This document shows positions 15,230-17,149 of a DNA stretch of 17,149 nucleotides, one piece after another. Each line of letters starts with the position of its first letter. Position 1 is the stretch's first letter. The stretch lies in NCBI GenBank assembly GCA_046760505.1, contig JBHIEG010000032.1, forward strand, positions 1-17,149, read 5' to 3'. Under the pieces are notes generated by a model. It saw only the letters and a list, made by a program, of their open reading frames with translations, had not been told where the DNA came from and did no database searches. The position numbers were made by a program, and so were the translations under genes. This DNA comes from Candidatus Hydrothermarchaeota archaeon. Lineage in GTDB: Archaea > CAYFZR01.

Positions 15230-16906
15230 GTGGAGGAGAAAAAGAAAAAATTAGCATATCTGGCGGAAATTTCATCCCGCGATAGCAAAGAATTCCTGGA
15301 TAGGTTATTTGAGCCTGAGCCTGTTAAAGGTGAGAAGATTTTAAAAGAGGTTAGAAGTGAGGTCAAAGATAAGGCACTTTCCCCAACCATGGAAAAATTG
15401 ATCAAAAAGGTCCCTTCTTTGAATCGCGTAATCAGGGGATTTGGAAAATCAAGAACAATCGATGCCTATGGCAAGGTTGAAATCATGGAAGTCAAGGGAG
15501 AAACAGTTCCGCTCTACTTCGTTAACTTACCTCAATTGGCAACAAAAGAAAAGGAGTTGCTGGATGAGGTAAAAGATATTGCAATCGTAGAAATGGATAT
15601 CGATCCTGATTCAATACCAGACCCGATAAAGCGCCGTACGGTATTCATGGATAAAGTAGAAGAGCTCATTAAGAGTAAAAATCCATCTTTGCCCAGTGGA
15701 AGAAGAAAAATATTGGCGGAGTTGATAGTCTCTGATATGATTGGATACGGTCCGCTTGATCACTTAGTGGCTGATGACGATCTTGAAGATATAATGGTAA
15801 TAGGTACAAAAAAGCCTGTTTATGTTGTCCACAGAAAATACGAAGTTTGCAAGACAAATATTGTTTTTGAAAATGAAGAAGAAATAAAATCCATTATAGA
15901 TAAAATTGCTAGACCCATAGGAAGGAGAATAGACCAACAAACACCTTTGCTGGATGCAAGGCTTCCTGATGGGAGCAGGGTGCACGCAACTATACCACCT
16001 GTTTCGTTAGATGGTCCTACTCTAACGATTTCGAAATTCAGGGAGGATCCGCTAACGGTAATAGACTTGATGAACTTCAATACGTTAAATCCTGAACTCG
16101 CTGCTTTCTTGTGGGTATGCGTAGAAGGTTTGGGCATAAAACCAGCTAACGTTCTCTGCGCCGGAGGGAGCAGTTGTGGAAAAACTACCACCGTTAACGT
16201 GCTAGCCACATTCGTTCCAGATACCGAGAGGGTGATTACAATTGAGGACACGGCTGAACTCAAGCTTCCTCTTACCCACTGGATAAGATTTGAAACTAGG
16301 CCTCCGAACATAGAGGGTCGTGGTGAGATAACAATGGACGATCTGGTCAAAAATACCCTCAGAATGAGACCAGATAGAATCATTGTGGGTGAAGTAAGAG
16401 GCACTGAGGCAAGAACATTGTTTACAGCCATGAATACAGGACACGATGGATGTATGGGTACTATACATGCTAATACTGCACAAGAAACAATCACTCGGTT
16501 AACTAATCCCCCAATGGAAGTTCCTGAGATTATGGTTCCTGCCTTGGATTTGATAATAATGCAGAAGAGGATACACCACAGAGAAAAAGGGGTTTTGAGG
16601 AGAATAACAGAAATTGCAGAGGTAGTCGGTATGGAAGGCGGAAAAATCCAGCTAAACAAGATATATGAGTGGGATCCAATGACGGATAACATAAAGCCAA
16701 CAGACGTACCCTGCAGATTGAAACAGGAAATTGCAGAGTATTCCGGACTAACAGGTGATGAAATTAACGTAGAAATCAAAAAGAGAGAAATCGTCCTTGA
16801 ATGGTTAAGAGAACAAGGCATTAGAGATGTAAACGCTGTTGGAAGGGAAATTCAGGCTTTTTACCAAGACCCTGATAAGTACTTGGAGAGAATACTGGAA
16901 AAATAA
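15230..16906 (+). CDS. CpaF/TadA/VirB11-family type II/IV secretion (pilus assembly) ATPase
   Basis: GYGPLD, DARLPDGSRV, Walker A GGSSCGKTT, Asp box TIEDTAEL, Walker B LRMRPDRIIVGEVRG and His box TGHDGCMGTIHA. GGAGGA SD before the GTG start. Confidence 0.95.
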   Translation: MEEKKKKLAYLAEISSRDSKEFLDRLFEPEPVKGEKILKEVRSEVKDKALSPTMEKLIKKVPSLNRVIRGFGKSRTIDAYGKVEIMEVKGETVPLYFVNLPQLATKEKELLDEVKDIAIVEMDIDPDSIPDPIKRRTVFMDKVEELIKSKNPSLPSGRRKILAELIVSDMIGYGPLDHLVADDDLEDIMVIGTKKPVYVVHRKYEVCKTNIVFENEEEIKSIIDKIARPIGRRIDQQTPLLDARLPDGSRVHATIPPVSLDGPTLTISKFREDPLTVIDLMNFNTLNPELAAFLWVCVEGLGIKPANVLCAGGSSCGKTTTVNVLATFVPDTERVITIEDTAELKLPLTHWIRFETRPPNIEGRGEITMDDLVKNTLRMRPDRIIVGEVRGTEARTLFTAMNTGHDGCMGTIHANTAQETITRLTNPPMEVPEIMVPALDLIIMQKRIHHREKGVLRRITEIAEVVGMEGGKIQLNKIYEWDPMTDNIKPTDVPCRLKQEIAEYSGLTGDEINVEIKKREIVLEWLREQGIRDVNAVGREIQAFYQDPDKYLERILEK

Positions 16907-17106
16907 ATCATGTTCTTGATTTCTTAAAGACTGTGGCGATTAAAGTCTTATTTATATTTCTAATGCTTTATTTCATAAAAATTAAGCGAATAGGGCTTTT
17001 TTATATGATGGGTGAGGGGTTAAATTTAAATATGTTGTTTTATCACTGGCTTTGTAACAGAGTCACTCAATGTAAAAGAGGATGCTAAAAACAGGAGGAC
17101 ATAACC

Positions 17107-17149
17107 ATGTTATCGTACTTTTGGCCAACGCCGGACATGAATATATTCA
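17107..17149 (+). CDS. 5' fragment of an unidentified gene truncated by the window edge
   Basis: AGGAGG SD at about 17093-17098, then ATG and an open frame MLSYFWPTPDMNIF to the end of the window. TATA-like TTTAAATA at 17025-17032. Confidence 0.5.
   Translation, partial: MLSYFWPTPDMNIF

Noticed and set aside
351-16483. Other 60-110 aa nested or antisense ORFs (e.g. 351, 1053, 3969, 5274, 5721, 6604, 7070, 8673, 10061, 10138, 10348, 10433, 13323, 13868, 13929, 15184, 15669, 15764, 16202)
   Set aside because: All overlap better-supported genes and lack motifs or translation signals.
15820-16821. 333-aa antisense ORF
   Set aside because: Lies wholly opposite the conserved ATPase, is Ser/Ile-rich shadow sequence and has no motifs.
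16927-16949. Inverted repeat AAGACT...AGTCTT after the ATPase gene
   Set aside because: Only 6 bp in AT-rich DNA, too weak to call a terminator or operator.
1-17149. CRISPR array, IS element, integrase or defence island
   Set aside because: No spaced direct repeats and no transposase, recombinase or defence-nuclease motifs were seen by eye.

Overview
Archaeal chromosomal window, AT-rich, mostly housekeeping genes plus several cell-envelope genes. Evidence for archaeal origin: Pth2, an AbrB-PhoU regulator, a G1-C72 tRNA-Pro, and BRE/TATA-like promoters. Contents in order: a CCA-ending tRNA-Pro gene whose anticodon reads AGG (A34, a class essentially absent from archaea and the most striking item here), a secreted Lon-type (S16) protease without an ATPase domain, a membrane-anchored thioredoxin convergent with a CcdA/DsbD-like membrane protein, a PhoU-type regulator, cysS coupled to a SerB-like HAD phosphatase, an MBL-fold lipoprotein, a V4R/ATC-hydrolase-like protein, a 5-formyl-THF cyclo-ligase paralog with nth, a second membrane-anchored Lon-type protease, a membrane protein plus YdjM-like hydrolase pair, a DUF1616-pth2-truD-secreted protein operon, and a CpaF/VirB11 pilus-type ATPase. 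Two Cys-containing micro-ORFs (54 aa and 47 aa) missing from the ORF track were found by hand translation. No CRISPR array, transposase or integrase was seen. All product calls come from motif recognition, not database searches.
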